Notes: generated from the letters alone by a model not told the origin. 64,000 bases of DNA from an uncultured Actinomycetes bacterium (GCA_903892635.1 CAITJH010000044.1:66108-130107); one strand, 5' to 3'. Positions 47,398-58,682 are shown, counted from the stretch's first letter. Numbers and translations are program-made.

Positions 47398-48708
47398 ATG
47401 AAAGACACCGTTCTGGTTATCGGAGCAACAGATGTAGGGCGCCGTACGTGTGCCGAATTACAGTCACACGGCCGAAATGTTATTCATCTCGATGCCCCAA
47501 CAGACGCCGAACTACATGACTACTTAATAGATGATGTTGGCGGTGTGGCTGTGATGTTGCATAGCGACATTGAAGCACTCCGCTATTCCCTTGCTATCGA
47601 ACACATCCGACCTGGTGTTCGACTCTTTGCTGCCATTTTCGATCGCACAGTTCGCCACGAGATTGAGCGAGTTATTCCCAACTGTTTTGTTGCATCGCCA
47701 GCATTCATTGCATTACCTCATGTTGTCGCGTCGGCACTCGATATTGGTTCGGCCGTTATTCGAACGACAACGGGCGACGATGCTCACTGGAAACTCGTGA
47801 ATTTGAATAATGACGTTGCGACGTCAAGTGATTTTGAAGCGCCTCGTGGTTGGCGATGGCGCACCTGGTGGAGCCGAGTGCGCGGCCAACTTCGTGCATA
47901 TGACTTTGGATCGAAAGCTTTACTGAATGGCTTCTACGCTCTTACATCAATTTTGATTGTCGACCTAATGATTTCGCATCAGCATGCATCTCTTGCCGAA
48001 TCCTTTTACGACTCATCTGCGACTCTTGCCGGAGTGACCGCACCACCAGCGCCTGGGCAAACATGGCATCTGATCCTCAACGGCACCTTTATGTTGTTGA
48101 CATTAGTTTTTACTGCAATTTTTGGTGCAGGAATTGTTAATCACTTACTCAGCGGTCGCCGAGTCGGAATTGTTGGGCGTCGAGTAATTCCAGCCTCCCA
48201 GCATTTTGTTGTTGTCGGGCTTGGTCAAGTTGGTATTCGACTCTGTCGTGAGCTTTCTCTGCTGGGCATCGCTGTAGTTGGAGTGGATTCAGCGATCAAT
48301 ACTCGTGGCTTGAGCTTGGCCCGACGTATGAACATTCCGGTAATCGTTGGCGATCCCAGTGACGTCAAAACACTTACCCGTGCACATGGACATCGCGCAC
48401 AAGGCATTCTTGCAATGAGCGCTGAGGAACGTGACAACATCGCTGTTGCAGTAGCCGCGCGGGCAATGTCTCCCGACGTCACCATCATGCTTCGTGCAGG
48501 TTCCGACGATGCCATTGCTGAAACTCAGTCCTTGTTCTCTATTGGCAAAACCATTGACGTTAACGGACTCACTGCTACTTACGTCAGTGCTGCATTAAGC
48601 ACTGACACTCCATTAGCTGTCGTTCCTGACGGTAGCGAAGTATTGATTGTGGCTCATGACATGGAAGTAACCCGAGCGCCAATTCCTGGTCGATGCGCCT
48701 GCAATTAG
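47398..48708 (+). CDS. Membrane protein with two TrkA-N/RCK-type NAD-binding domains flanking a two-helix membrane core
   Basis: Rossmann motifs VLVIGATDVGRR and FVVVGLGQVGIR, with two central hydrophobic helices. No canonical TVGYG filter is seen. Confidence 0.6.
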   Translation: MKDTVLVIGATDVGRRTCAELQSHGRNVIHLDAPTDAELHDYLIDDVGGVAVMLHSDIEALRYSLAIEHIRPGVRLFAAIFDRTVRHEIERVIPNCFVASPAFIALPHVVASALDIGSAVIRTTTGDDAHWKLVNLNNDVATSSDFEAPRGWRWRTWWSRVRGQLRAYDFGSKALLNGFYALTSILIVDLMISHQHASLAESFYDSSATLAGVTAPPAPGQTWHLILNGTFMLLTLVFTAIFGAGIVNHLLSGRRVGIVGRRVIPASQHFVVVGLGQVGIRLCRELSLLGIAVVGVDSAINTRGLSLARRMNIPVIVGDPSDVKTLTRAHGHRAQGILAMSAEERDNIAVAVAARAMSPDVTIMLRAGSDDAIAETQSLFSIGKTIDVNGLTATYVSAALSTDTPLAVVPDGSEVLIVAHDMEVTRAPIPGRCACN

Positions 48709-48885
48709 CGCCCACCGTCTTCATTTAGAGCAATTTTCAAGATAATCCACTAGCTGTTTCACAGACATTTCCTACCAAGTCCGACCAGAATTGATCTATT
48801 GCCACACTGGCAATGCAGGGGCTGAAAAGCCGCTGACCTTTACTACGGATCGTTCGGCACGTACCTGCCGATGAAGGAGAACAAA

Positions 48886-49974
48886 ATGGCGTCTGTGTCA
48901 TTTAAGGCAGCAACCCGAATATATCCGGGCTCAACCATTCCAGCTGTAAACGCACTTGATCTTGAAATTGCAGATGGTGAATTTCTTGTACTCGTCGGAC
49001 CATCAGGTTGTGGCAAGTCAACGACTTTGCGCATGCTTGCAGGTTTAGAAGATATTGACGAAGGCGCAATCTACATCGGTGACCGTGATGTCACTGATGT
49101 AGCACCAAAGGATCGCGACATTGCAATGGTCTTTCAAAATTACGCCCTTTATCCACACATGTCTGTCGCTGAGAACATGGGCTTCGCGCTCAAGATCGCC
49201 GGAGTCGACAAGGCCGAAATTGGCAAGCGTGTCGAGGAGGCTGCAAAGATTCTTGATCTTGAGCAATTTCTTGACCGCAAGCCAAAGGCACTCTCGGGTG
49301 GTCAACGTCAGCGTGTTGCGATGGGTCGCGCAATTGTCCGTAACCCACAGGTGTTCCTCATGGATGAACCCTTGTCAAACCTTGATGCCAAATTGCGAGT
49401 TCAAACTCGAACTCAAATTGCAGCATTGCAGCAACGTCTCGGCGTGACGACGGTTTACGTTACACACGATCAAACCGAAGCTATGACGATGGGTGATCGA
49501 GTTGCAGTACTCAAGGATGGCTTTTTACAGCAGTGTGCAACTCCTCAAGAACTTTACGATCGTCCCGTCAATGTCTTTGTAGCTGGTTTTATCGGATCAC
49601 CAGCAATGAACTTGGTGGAGGTCCGTATTGATGGCGAAGGCGTGATTGTCGAAGGTGAGCACATCAAACTTTCCGACGACATCCTAAAAGATGCACGCGA
49701 GCAAGGTTTGAATTCCTTGATTCTTGGTTTCCGACCAGAGGACACCACAGTTGGAGGTGAAGGTTTTGCCATGCAAGTCAACATTGTTGAAAGCCTTGGT
49801 GCGGATGGTTACGTATATGGCAATGTGGTGGATGCCAGTGGAAACGCTCATCAAATTACAATTCGAACTAATGGTCGCAATATTCCCCGTCGTGGCGAAA
49901 CAATTCGCCTTCGGGTTTCTAGTGAACACACCCACGCATTCAACTCAGCAACAGGCCTACGCCTCGGAAAATAA
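48886..49974 (+). CDS. Sugar ABC transporter ATP-binding protein (MalK/MsiK/UgpC type)
   Basis: Start at MASVSFK with a GAAGGAG SD. Walker [10 protein letters not shown], signature LSGGQRQR, Walker B FLMDEPLSNLD and a C-terminal MalK-like regulatory domain. Confidence 0.88.
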   Translation: MASVSFKAATRIYPGSTIPAVNALDLEIADGEFLVLVGPSGCGKSTTLRMLAGLEDIDEGAIYIGDRDVTDVAPKDRDIAMVFQNYALYPHMSVAENMGFALKIAGVDKAEIGKRVEEAAKILDLEQFLDRKPKALSGGQRQRVAMGRAIVRNPQVFLMDEPLSNLDAKLRVQTRTQIAALQQRLGVTTVYVTHDQTEAMTMGDRVAVLKDGFLQQCATPQELYDRPVNVFVAGFIGSPAMNLVEVRIDGEGVIVEGEHIKLSDDILKDAREQGLNSLILGFRPEDTTVGGEGFAMQVNIVESLGADGYVYGNVVDASGNAHQITIRTNGRNIPRRGETIRLRVSSEHTHAFNSATGLRLGK

Positions 49975-49999
49975 TGCGTGGCCTCGTTGCTCGTCGAAC

Positions 50000-50968
50000 T
50001 TAAAGGTTACGAAGTTTTGCAATTTCGTAAAGTGCGATACCGGCAGCCACACCAGCATTCAATGATTCAGTGTCATCGAACATAGGAATAGAAATCACAA
50101 AGTCGCACGATTCACGAACTAAACGAGACATGCCAGTCGCTTCCCCACCAACGACTAGTACCAACGGTGCATTTGCCACCTCGGGATCAAAATCCTGAAG
50201 GTTCACATCGCCATCAGCGTCTAGGCCGACAACTGTGAAGCCAGCTTTCTTGTAGGCATCGAGAGTGCGAGTTAGATTCGTCGCTCGTGCCACAGGAACT
50301 CGAGCTGCTGCGCCTGCTGATGTCTTCCATGCCGAGGCAGTCATTCCAGCAGCGCGACGTTCAGGAACAATTACGCCATCCACACCAAAGGCAGCGGAAG
50401 ATCGAATGACCGCACCTAAATTACGTGGATCCGTCACGCCATCAAGTGAAACAACAAATGGAAATTCGCTGTAATCAAATGCGTCTTCCATGAGGTCAAT
50501 TGGATCGGCATATGCATAAGGCGGAATGCGAGCTGCAACACCTTGGTGAACAGCTCCATCAGTCATTCGGTCAAGTTCGCCACGTGGTGACTCGAGTAGT
50601 GGCAAACCGCGCTCATTTGCAAGCTCGATAATTTCTTTCAATCGATCGTCTGTGTCGATGTACTGCTGAATGTAAACAGCGTTTGCTGGAATATCTGCGC
50701 GCAATGCTTCAAGAACTGAGTTACGTCCTGCGACCCACTCAATGCCATCGCGGTCCTTTGGTCGACTTCGTGGCGCGCCAGCTGCACGTTTTGCTGCAGA
50801 ACGCTCAGCTAGTTTGGCGCGTTTTGCAGCTGGATGATATCCGCGATCAGTCGCCTTTGGCGTTGGACCTTTTCCTTCGAGACGTTGTTTACCGCGGCCG
50901 CCAGAGCCGACAAGGGCACCCTTGCCAGATTTGCGAACCGCACCGCGGCGCTTTGAATTGCCAGCCAT
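50000..50968 (-). CDS. rlmB: 23S rRNA 2'-O-methyltransferase, TrmH/SpoU family (RlmB-like)
   Basis: Basic N-terminal tail and SpoU motifs LDGVTDPRNLGAVIRS and ESLNAGVAAGIALYE. Follows cysS as in mycobacteria. Confidence 0.8.
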   Translation of the reverse strand: MAGNSKRRGAVRKSGKGALVGSGGRGKQRLEGKGPTPKATDRGYHPAAKRAKLAERSAAKRAAGAPRSRPKDRDGIEWVAGRNSVLEALRADIPANAVYIQQYIDTDDRLKEIIELANERGLPLLESPRGELDRMTDGAVHQGVAARIPPYAYADPIDLMEDAFDYSEFPFVVSLDGVTDPRNLGAVIRSSAAFGVDGVIVPERRAAGMTASAWKTSAGAAARVPVARATNLTRTLDAYKKAGFTVVGLDADGDVNLQDFDPEVANAPLVLVVGGEATGMSRLVRESCDFVISIPMFDDTESLNAGVAAGIALYEIAKLRNL

Positions 50969-52362
50969 TACTTCTCCAACGTCCAGCGCACACCTTCGGC
51001 GCCATCTTCTAGTGCGATACCTAGGTTGCGCAATTCATCGCGAATCGCATCTGCGGTACCAAAGTCTTTTGCTGCCTTTGCAGCCTGTCGAGCTGCAATG
51101 CGCTCTAGTACAAAGTGTTCAACGACCGAGGTCAGTCCTTCGGCATCAGTCGATTCATTTGTCACCCACATTTGAGCCAGTGGGTCAACACCAAGTACAT
51201 CAAGCATTGAACGTACGCTCGCGAGTGCAGGTGCGAGGTCGTTACGCGACGCATTCTTGCCGAGCAAAGTATTTCCTGCAGTTACAGCTTCGTGAATTAC
51301 GGCCAAAGCTGCTGGCACGTTTAAGTCATCATTCATTGCAGAAACAAAACCTGCGGGTAAGTCACCCACGCCAACTTCGCCAACGATTTCATGTGCGCGG
51401 CGAACAAAATTTTCAATGCGCTGATAAGCCACAGCAGATTCCTGCAAAGCAGCGTCACTGAATTCCAAGTTACTTCGGTAGTGCGCTCCAGCAAGGTACC
51501 AACGCAATTCGACTGGGCGGACTCGCTTAACAACTTCACTTACTATGAGAAAATTGCCGAGTGACTTGCTCATTTTTTCACCGGACATTGTGACCCAAGC
51601 GTTGTGCAACCAAAAGTTTGCAAAGTCTGCGCCTGAAGCCTTTGACTGGGCCACTTCATTTTCATGATGCGGGAAGACGAGGTCTAGTCCGCCACCATGA
51701 ATGTCAAACGCCTTGCCTAAATAAGCTTGCGCCATCGCAGAGCATTCAAGATGCCAACCAGGCCGACCATTTCCCCAAGGCGTCGGCCACGATGGTTCAC
51801 CTGGTTTGACTGACTTCCAGAGCGCGAAATCTCGTGGATCTTTTTTTCGACTATCTGTCGCTGAGTCTGCCGCAGGTAATAGATCGTCAATCTTTTGACC
51901 AGACAGTTGACCGTACTCAGGGAATGAACGAACGTCGAAATACACATCGCCATCCGCTACATAGGCATGGCCGCGTTCGATCAATGTTTCCATCAATTCG
52001 ACCATTTGAGTGATATGACCAGTAGCACGTGGCTCAACTGTTGGAGGAGTACAACCTAAAATGCGATATGCGGTTTGAAATTCTCGTTCGTAATGAGCGG
52101 CAACAGCCCACCATGGACGATTTTCTGATTGTTCCTTCGCCAAGATTTTGTCGTCAATATCGGTCACATTGCGCACCAATGTGACGTCATACCCAAGCAC
52201 CGCAAACCATCGGATCAAAACGTCAAAGGCAACACCCGAGCGAATATGGCCAACGTGCGGCGAAGATTGCACTGTGGCGCCACACACGTACATCGAAACC
52301 TTGCCAGGTTCCAAAGGTGTGAATTCGCGGACCGCTCTGGCCGCACTGTCATATAAGCGCAC
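50968..52362 (-). CDS. cysS: Cysteine--tRNA ligase
   Basis: HIGH-type motif (SPHVGHIRS) and KMSKS motif present. 464 aa. Confidence 0.93.
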   Translation of the reverse strand: MRLYDSAARAVREFTPLEPGKVSMYVCGATVQSSPHVGHIRSGVAFDVLIRWFAVLGYDVTLVRNVTDIDDKILAKEQSENRPWWAVAAHYEREFQTAYRILGCTPPTVEPRATGHITQMVELMETLIERGHAYVADGDVYFDVRSFPEYGQLSGQKIDDLLPAADSATDSRKKDPRDFALWKSVKPGEPSWPTPWGNGRPGWHLECSAMAQAYLGKAFDIHGGGLDLVFPHHENEVAQSKASGADFANFWLHNAWVTMSGEKMSKSLGNFLIVSEVVKRVRPVELRWYLAGAHYRSNLEFSDAALQESAVAYQRIENFVRRAHEIVGEVGVGDLPAGFVSAMNDDLNVPAALAVIHEAVTAGNTLLGKNASRNDLAPALASVRSMLDVLGVDPLAQMWVTNESTDAEGLTSVVEHFVLERIAARQAAKAAKDFGTADAIRDELRNLGIALEDGAEGVRWTLEK

Positions 52363-52490
52363 AAGACAAGACTACTTGGCAAGGCTTATAGGCGTTAAAT
52401 CCGAAATAGGACGCGCCTTAGGGTTATTCGAGTTCTTTGCCCTCACACCGATAGTTTGGTGTCACAGCACCAACACATAGGAGGCTTCTT

Positions 52491-52943
52491 ATGAAGATTG
52501 CTATTGGTAGCGATCATGCAGGATTTCACCTGAAAGAAACGTTGCGCGACTGGCTTACAAGCAACGGCTACGAAGTCACAGACTCTGGCACGTACAGCGA
52601 TGGTCGAAGCGACTACCCCGTGTACGGAGAAGCTGTTGCTGATCACGTGGCAAACGGCCGAGTTGATTTTGGTGTACTTGTCTGTGGAAGTGGTCAGGGC
52701 ATTTGCATGGCCGCGAACAAAGTTCATGGAGTGCGGGCTGGTGTCATTCGTACCGTCGAAGATGCACAGATGACGCGTGCCCATAATGATGCCAATGTTG
52801 CATGTTTTGGAGAACGGGTTACCGAACCTGATGTTGCTATCGCAGCACTCAAAGAATTTCTCGAAGCGCCATTCGAAGGCGGGCGACATGCTGATCGCGT
52901 CGCGTTGATGAGCAAGATTGAAAAAGGCGAACGCCTGTATTAA
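52491..52943 (+). CDS. rpiB: Ribose-5-phosphate isomerase B
   Basis: [16 protein letters not shown].. and [14 protein letters not shown] with the catalytic Cys. 150 aa. Confidence 0.9.
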   Translation: MKIAIGSDHAGFHLKETLRDWLTSNGYEVTDSGTYSDGRSDYPVYGEAVADHVANGRVDFGVLVCGSGQGICMAANKVHGVRAGVIRTVEDAQMTRAHNDANVACFGERVTEPDVAIAALKEFLEAPFEGGRHADRVALMSKIEKGERLY

Positions 52944-53422
52944 TCAGTTGTGCGTTCGATAAGAGCATTTGCGATTGCTGCGACACCTTCGCCACGGCCA
53001 GTCAGTCCTAGGCCATCTGTCGTAGTTCCTGCAACTGACACTGGAGCTCCGCCAATGGCTTGTGACAAAACCTGTTGCGCCTCTTCACGGCGACTTCCAA
53101 TTTTTGGTGAATTCGCAATCACTTGAACTGACACGTTTACGACAGTCCATCCATCTACGACGAGTAAGCGCGCGACCTCTTGTAACAATGTCACACCACT
53201 TGCGCCCGACCATTCAGGACGACCCGTTCCAAAAACAGATCCAAGGTCACCTAGGCCAGCCGCGCTCAGGAGTGCATCACACATTGCATGTGCCGCAACA
53301 TCGCCATCGGAATGACCTTCACAACCAGCCAACTCGTTTGGCCACGACAAGCCTGCGAGGTACATTGCTCGCCCTGCAACTAAAGGATGAACATCAACAC
53401 CAGTTCCGATTCGAAGCGTCAT
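52940..53422 (-). CDS. ispF: 2-C-methyl-D-erythritol 2,4-cyclodiphosphate synthase
   Basis: [17 protein letters not shown] and the trimer motif [15 protein letters not shown]. Confidence 0.92.
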   Translation of the reverse strand: MTLRIGTGVDVHPLVAGRAMYLAGLSWPNELAGCEGHSDGDVAAHAMCDALLSAAGLGDLGSVFGTGRPEWSGASGVTLLQEVARLLVVDGWTVVNVSVQVIANSPKIGSRREEAQQVLSQAIGGAPVSVAGTTTDGLGLTGRGEGVAAIANALIERTTD

Positions 53423-54108
53423 CGTTTCACTTCCTGTTCCATGAGCTTGGCCATCGCTAGATCATGCTCAGTTGTGATCTTTAAAGCCCGCTCATCGCCG
53501 GCAACTGTGTGCACTTGAACTCCCATTGATTCGACGAGGCCGGCGTCGTCAGTTGCAACGTGTGTCGGATCGGCGTACGCACTATCCAAAAGCGAACGAA
53601 TAAATCCTTGCGGCGTTTGAATACGGCGTAGTGAAGAACGATCAACTGTCTCGACAACAACACCAATTGGATTAACGCGCTTCAGAGTATCGACGACTGG
53701 CAGCACTGGAACTACGGCTTGAGAGCCGTCGCGAACTGCTTGAATAACTTGTTCCACAACATGCACTGGAACTAACGGACGTGCTGCATCGTGAACCAGC
53801 ACAACTTCGACATCTTCGGGTATCACTGCTAATCCATTTGCTACAGAAGCTTGGCGATCACTGCCACCAATCACGATGTGGATTTCGGCATCTACTTCAG
53901 CAAGTTCTTTTGCTGCGGCATCAAGATAGTTCTCGGGAACGCTGACCACGATGACATCTACACAACTACTCATTGCATGCGCTGACCGAGACAAAAGAGT
54001 CAACCCGTTTAGTTCAACGAATGCTTTAGGAATACTCGAACCTAATCGAGTACCAGATCCTGCGGCAGGAATAATTGCCGCCACTCGACCAAGAGCGGCG
54101 TTTGGCAT
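53419..54108 (-). CDS. ispD: 2-C-methyl-D-erythritol 4-phosphate cytidylyltransferase
   Basis: [22 protein letters not shown] and IQTPQGF. Overlaps ispF by 4 nt. Confidence 0.92.
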   Translation of the reverse strand: MPNAALGRVAAIIPAAGSGTRLGSSIPKAFVELNGLTLLSRSAHAMSSCVDVIVVSVPENYLDAAAKELAEVDAEIHIVIGGSDRQASVANGLAVIPEDVEVVLVHDAARPLVPVHVVEQVIQAVRDGSQAVVPVLPVVDTLKRVNPIGVVVETVDRSSLRRIQTPQGFIRSLLDSAYADPTHVATDDAGLVESMGVQVHTVAGDERALKITTEHDLAMAKLMEQEVKR

Positions 54109-54590
54109 TAGGAAGCCAAAACCTCGTCAAGAATCTCTTCGGCACGCACTTCGTTGGTACGTTCCGCAAGAGCAATTTCACTGATTAGCTGGACGCGAGC
54201 ACGGTGCAACATGCTCTTCTCGCCAGTCGATAATGGCTTCTTCTGGGAACGGCGCCATAGATCGCGAACTACTTCTGCAACCTTGATGACATCGCCCGAC
54301 GAGAGCTTTTCGGTATTCGCCTTGAAGCGGCGTGACCAGTTAGCTGGATCTTCTACATACGGCATGCGTAAAACGCCAAAAACTTTTTCGAGACCTTCTT
54401 GGCTCGTAACATCGCGGACTCCAACAAGGTCAAGGTTGTCGGAAGGTACGCGAACGGTCAGATCTGACTGGTGAACGCGAAGTACGAGGTATTCCTTTTC
54501 CTCACCCTTGATGACACGCTTTTCCTTGGAAATGATGTCTGCAGCGCCATGGTGAGGGTAAACGACGGTTTCCCCGACTTTGTAAGCCAT
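54108..54590 (-). CDS. carD: CarD-family RNA polymerase-binding transcription regulator
   Basis: [19 protein letters not shown].. is a CarD_TRCF N-terminal domain. 160 aa. A TGGTAGAAT extended -10 sequence lies upstream. Confidence 0.92.
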   Translation of the reverse strand: MAYKVGETVVYPHHGAADIISKEKRVIKGEEKEYLVLRVHQSDLTVRVPSDNLDLVGVRDVTSQEGLEKVFGVLRMPYVEDPANWSRRFKANTEKLSSGDVIKVAEVVRDLWRRSQKKPLSTGEKSMLHRARVQLISEIALAERTNEVRAEEILDEVLAS

Positions 54591-54796
54591 TTAGTTGTCC
54601 TTGCAATTGGTATTGAAACCCCATTCTACCACGCCATTCGATTAGAGATTGCCACGAAAAGCCCTATTTCAATGGGTTTTTTAAGGGCTCAGTTGTGCAA
54701 TCAGTAAGACGGATTTCACACTCCCACGATGCCAATTGGTTACCTGCGCCAAGTAGAGTTTGTTGCGTTAGTAAGCACCTTAGGAGTTTGGTTTTG

Positions 54797-55339
54797 ATGT
54801 CCAAGAAGCCCGCAGTTTTCGTGGTTATGGCTTTAGCAAGTGTTTTGGCACTCAGTGGTTGTGCGCTGGGATTTAACGCCGGAACGAGCCAGCAACAGGC
54901 TTCTGGCAATGGTCTGACATCCAATGTTGATGGAATTCAATTGCGCCAAATGACAGTTGTCGCAGACACCAAAAATCCAACTCATGGCGTGCTTATCGGC
55001 ACCATCGTGAACACGACCGATACTGATAACGCGCTAGTCGGCGTCGCTGCGGCTCGTACCGTTGTTGCGGTAGACACAATAAACGTTGCACTTCCAGCTA
55101 CATCAGCCGTCACGTTGAATAGTTCTGCTGAGACAACAGTTGCACTGCAAGGACAGCTGACTCCAGGCACCTATGTGAACCTGCAACTTGCACTGAAAAA
55201 CGGCACGAGCATTCCGGTGTCACTCATGGTTGTCCCCAATGATGGAAACTACGCAGATGTCACAGTTCCTGCCGCTCTGACAGATTCAGGATTTGCACCA
55301 TCGGCAAGTGCAACACCGATGCCAAGCATGACTCCATAG
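54797..55339 (+). CDS. Lipoprotein, LpqE-like (unknown function)
   Basis: Start at MSKKPAVF with lipobox LALSGC. Divergent from carD, like lpqE in mycobacteria. Confidence 0.65.
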   Translation: MSKKPAVFVVMALASVLALSGCALGFNAGTSQQQASGNGLTSNVDGIQLRQMTVVADTKNPTHGVLIGTIVNTTDTDNALVGVAAARTVVAVDTINVALPATSAVTLNSSAETTVALQGQLTPGTYVNLQLALKNGTSIPVSLMVVPNDGNYADVTVPAALTDSGFAPSASATPMPSMTP

Positions 55340-55349
55340 AAGTCTTAAT

Positions 55350-55388
55350 AAAAAATCCCCGATGGAAACTCCATCGGGGATTTTTTTG
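55350..55388. terminator. Bidirectional intrinsic terminator
   Basis: AAAAAATCCCCGATGG-AAACT-CCATCGGGGATTTTTTT, between convergent genes. Confidence 0.8.
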
Positions 55389-55391
55389 ACC

Positions 55392-56540
55392 TTACTGAGT
55401 TGGTGAGTCGCTCGGAACCGGAGTTGCTGCTTCACTCATGCTTGGCGCTGGCGAGGAACTTGCCGGGCTGTCAGATGCACTCGGAATTGCAGTGGGGGTT
55501 GGAAGACCAACGACAACGGCACCAATAGCCGTGAATCGAATTGTGTCTGGAACCGAACTGAAACTCGAGTCAGCAACCTGAGTCTGTTCATCAGCACGCA
55601 ATGCGAAACGCGTAAATGCTCGACCTTGTAAGGCATGATCACCACTACAGACAGACATGGTTACTGGATAAACGGCATCCCACGGAGCGCTTGCCTGATC
55701 CGAGCCGTCCTGACTTTGTGGACTGGCAGTGTAATTAATCGTTGCAGGCCCTAGCGACGAACCAGACGCACTTAGTTCTACCTTCGTTGTGCCGGAATAG
55801 ATACTGTCACTAGAAGGACTGACTGCATCTTGTCCTTGCGTTACCTGCAACGTGGCAATTCCAAGTGAGTTGTTGGTTGCATATGCATATGGCTCGATAG
55901 AGAGAACGCCTTCGCCTTGCGCTTGGGCAAGATTCGAATCTGAAGCCCAACTGTCATCGGCTTTAAAAAGTGAAGTTGCAGGTGCGGCACCCAAAGAGCT
56001 GAGCCAATTAGTGACGGCATCTAGAGCGGGACCAAATGCGTATGGATTAATGACAACCGGCTCATTTGGCAGCTCTACTCCCGAATTGTCATTCACGATT
56101 GCCGGGTCATTCCAATGCGTAATTTTCCCGCTGATGAGAGCCGCGGCAGTTTTTGGCGAAAGATTAATAGTTGATCCATCAGAAAATGACGCAACGATTA
56201 CTCCTGCATCGAATGCAACTGGGGAGGTTACTTCGGGTGAACACTTCGATGGTTGTGCTCCTAGCGCAAGATAAACGTCGGCATCTGTCGTCTTGTCATC
56301 AACCACAGTTACCGTGGATTGCGAACAATTTGATGTGTAATCGGTAACCCACGTGTTGACGACGCCACTTAACTGCGCAGGAACGGACACTTTAACGTCT
56401 CCGTCCTGACAAATCACCACTTGCTCAGATTTGATCGCTGCAACATCTGGTGGCATCGGTGAAGCACAGCCGGCCAAAGCAAGAGCGAAAAGCCCAAGAA
56501 CTGCTGTACCAAGTGCTCGTGTTTTTCTAACGGTTGTCAT
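55392..56540 (-). CDS. PstS-like periplasmic-binding-fold lipoprotein with Ser/Pro-rich C-terminal tail
   Basis: Start at MTTVRK with lipobox LALAGC. Motif ISGKITHWNDPAI..N..V.LP resembles the PstS hinge motif. Otherwise divergent. Confidence 0.55.
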   Translation of the reverse strand: MTTVRKTRALGTAVLGLFALALAGCASPMPPDVAAIKSEQVVICQDGDVKVSVPAQLSGVVNTWVTDYTSNCSQSTVTVVDDKTTDADVYLALGAQPSKCSPEVTSPVAFDAGVIVASFSDGSTINLSPKTAAALISGKITHWNDPAIVNDNSGVELPNEPVVINPYAFGPALDAVTNWLSSLGAAPATSLFKADDSWASDSNLAQAQGEGVLSIEPYAYATNNSLGIATLQVTQGQDAVSPSSDSIYSGTTKVELSASGSSLGPATINYTASPQSQDGSDQASAPWDAVYPVTMSVCSGDHALQGRAFTRFALRADEQTQVADSSFSSVPDTIRFTAIGAVVVGLPTPTAIPSASDSPASSSPAPSMSEAATPVPSDSPTQ

Positions 56541-56615
56541 GGTTTCTCCTACGCAAGAATGCAAGTGTGCGTGATCATCGAGATCACGCACACTTGCATG
56601 TCATTAATCAACTAT

Positions 56616-57710
56616 TTAGTGCGAGCTGATCTTTGCAACTTGTGCTGTCGCTACAGCAAGTGCAGGGGTTCCCTTAAGTGACGAGAAGCCAGCCTTGCCT
56701 TGGCACTTGGTCAGTGCGTACGTAGCGTAGTTCTTTACAGCAGTGTTCGTGTCAGATGCCTTGTCACTTGCCTGAAGGTAAGTAACGACTGTCAACTGGT
56801 ACGCACCCTTGATCTTGGAGTTCCACACGTTGGTGGCATCAGTTCCGGAGATGAAACCAACATTTGAACCATTGTTGAACTTGTCGGCAGTGATGCCCTT
56901 GACCAATTTGGTGCCGGCAGCAATCGTTGGCTTAACGTATGCACCAGCTGCATTCTTCAACGTGGCAATTTGGAAGCCCTTAGCACCAACTGTGTCTGGT
57001 AGGTCGGCGTAGCCGATTGCACCATTTGTTGACTTCAATGTGCTTACCATCGCATCTGAATTAGCCTGAGCGGCACCTGAGGTTGCAACCTTCACAGTGT
57101 TCGCTTCAGGGGTATTGAAGTTCTTGCTTGCAACCCATCCCGCACTTGGGTTAGTGGCAGCTAAGTACGACAACAAGTTCTTAGTGGTACCTGATCCATT
57201 TGCACGGTACTCAGCAAGAATCGGAGTTGCTGGAAGGTTCTTCTTCAATGAAGGGTTTGCAGCTGCAATAGTTGCATCGTTCCATGTTGTGATGTCGCCA
57301 CGGTAAATACCGCTGAGAATCGCTGGAGTGATACGAAGACCGGTGATTGCCTTCTTGTTCTTACCCTTTACGTGGTAGGCAATCGCTACTGGAGCGGCAG
57401 TGATAGGTACAACAATTGCATTGCCGCCATCAGCTGGGGTCTTTGTGAGATCTGGTCCGTCAGTACCTGCGAAATCTTTGGTACCTGCGTGGAAGTTGGC
57501 CATGCCAGTTCCTGAACCCAGTGTGCCATCGTAGGAAACTGCAATGTGGGTCGATGCGCTGTAAGCAGCTGCACACTTGTATTCAAAGTTGGCTTGGAAT
57601 GAAGATCCTCCGCCGGCGATGCTTGAAGCTGACGCATAAGCGGAAGAGGCAGTGAGTGCGGAAACTACGAGTGAACTCGCAATAGCTACCGCAGCGAATG
57701 AACGACGCAT
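56616..57710 (-). CDS. pstS: Phosphate ABC transporter substrate-binding protein
   Basis: Signal peptide, then GGGSSFQ, GSGTG, YRGDITTWND and RANGSGTT motifs. Confidence 0.88.
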   Translation of the reverse strand: MRRSFAAVAIASSLVVSALTASSAYASASSIAGGGSSFQANFEYKCAAAYSASTHIAVSYDGTLGSGTGMANFHAGTKDFAGTDGPDLTKTPADGGNAIVVPITAAPVAIAYHVKGKNKKAITGLRITPAILSGIYRGDITTWNDATIAAANPSLKKNLPATPILAEYRANGSGTTKNLLSYLAATNPSAGWVASKNFNTPEANTVKVATSGAAQANSDAMVSTLKSTNGAIGYADLPDTVGAKGFQIATLKNAAGAYVKPTIAAGTKLVKGITADKFNNGSNVGFISGTDATNVWNSKIKGAYQLTVVTYLQASDKASDTNTAVKNYATYALTKCQGKAGFSSLKGTPALAVATAQVAKISSH

Positions 57711-57770
57711 TCTTACTCCTTGTTAGTTGGCCCGAAACTTTCGGACAATCTGAGTTAAACCCGCGGAGTT

Positions 57771-57815
57771 AACCAAAAAACATCACGCTGACTAAATCAG
57801 CGTGATGTTTTGGTT
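57771..57815 (-). terminator. Intrinsic terminator after pstB
   Basis: Stem AACATCACGCTGA / TCAGCGTGATGTT with a 5-nt loop. On the minus strand it is followed by TTTTTTGGTT. Confidence 0.7.
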
Positions 57816-57831
57816 AACAATTGGGGTCGAT

Positions 57832-58677
57832 TTATCCAAAGCGGCCGTTGACGTAATCTTCAGTACGAGGATCATTCGGCATGCTGAAAAGTGAATCAGT
57901 TGGACCAAACTCAACGACGTACCCTGGCTGACCATCTTCTGCGAGGAAGAAGGCAGTTTGATCCGAAATGCGCTGTGCTTGCTGCATGTTGTGCGTAACA
58001 ATGACAATCGTCATTGATTCGGAAAGCTCGCGAATTGTCTCTTCAATACGACGAGTTGACCCAGGATCCAAAGCAGAACATGGCTCATCCATCAACAGCA
58101 CATCTGGTGCCAATGCGAGCGAACGGGCGATACATAGGCGCTGTTGCTGACCACCGGAAAGCGATCCTGCTGGAGCATCGAGGCGATCTTTGACTTCGTT
58201 CCAAATACTCGCGCGAGTGAGGCAGCTTTCTACCAATGCATCTTCATCACGAACTCGCGAATTAGACAAGCGAAGTCCTGACAATACATTGCCGCGAATT
58301 GTCATCGTCGGGAATGGATTTGGCTTTTGAAAGACCATTCCGATTCCAAGGCGTACAGATACAGGATCGGTTCCTGGGGCATAAATATCTTTACCGTTGA
58401 AGAGCACTTCTCCAGTCAGTCCAGCATTAGGAATGAGTTCGTGCATGCGATTCAAAGTGCGAATGAACGTGGACTTGCCACAACCTGAAGGACCAATCAA
58501 TGCGGTGACCGAATTTTCAGGAAAGGCAAGAGTGACATCGTTCAGTACATGACGGGCACCAAACCATACGTTGATGTCGCGTGCTTCAAGGTGATTGAAA
58601 GCATCTCCTAAGAACTGAGGTTCAACGTTTTGATGTGTTACCGGGAGCACTGCATCTGTATTTTCCATAAGTGTCAT
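57832..58677 (-). CDS. pstB: Phosphate ABC transporter ATP-binding protein
   Basis: Walker [23 protein letters not shown] and LLMDEP. PstB-specific C-terminus ..[10 protein letters not shown]. Start at 58677 (alternative 58668). Confidence 0.92.
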   Translation of the reverse strand: MTLMENTDAVLPVTHQNVEPQFLGDAFNHLEARDINVWFGARHVLNDVTLAFPENSVTALIGPSGCGKSTFIRTLNRMHELIPNAGLTGEVLFNGKDIYAPGTDPVSVRLGIGMVFQKPNPFPTMTIRGNVLSGLRLSNSRVRDEDALVESCLTRASIWNEVKDRLDAPAGSLSGGQQQRLCIARSLALAPDVLLMDEPCSALDPGSTRRIEETIRELSESMTIVIVTHNMQQAQRISDQTAFFLAEDGQPGYVVEFGPTDSLFSMPNDPRTEDYVNGRFG

Positions 58678-58682
58678 ACCTA

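Noticed and set aside
50922-51461. 179-aa plus-strand ORF
   Set aside because: It is antisense to cysS/rlmB and has an Arg/Leu/Gln/His-rich low-complexity composition.
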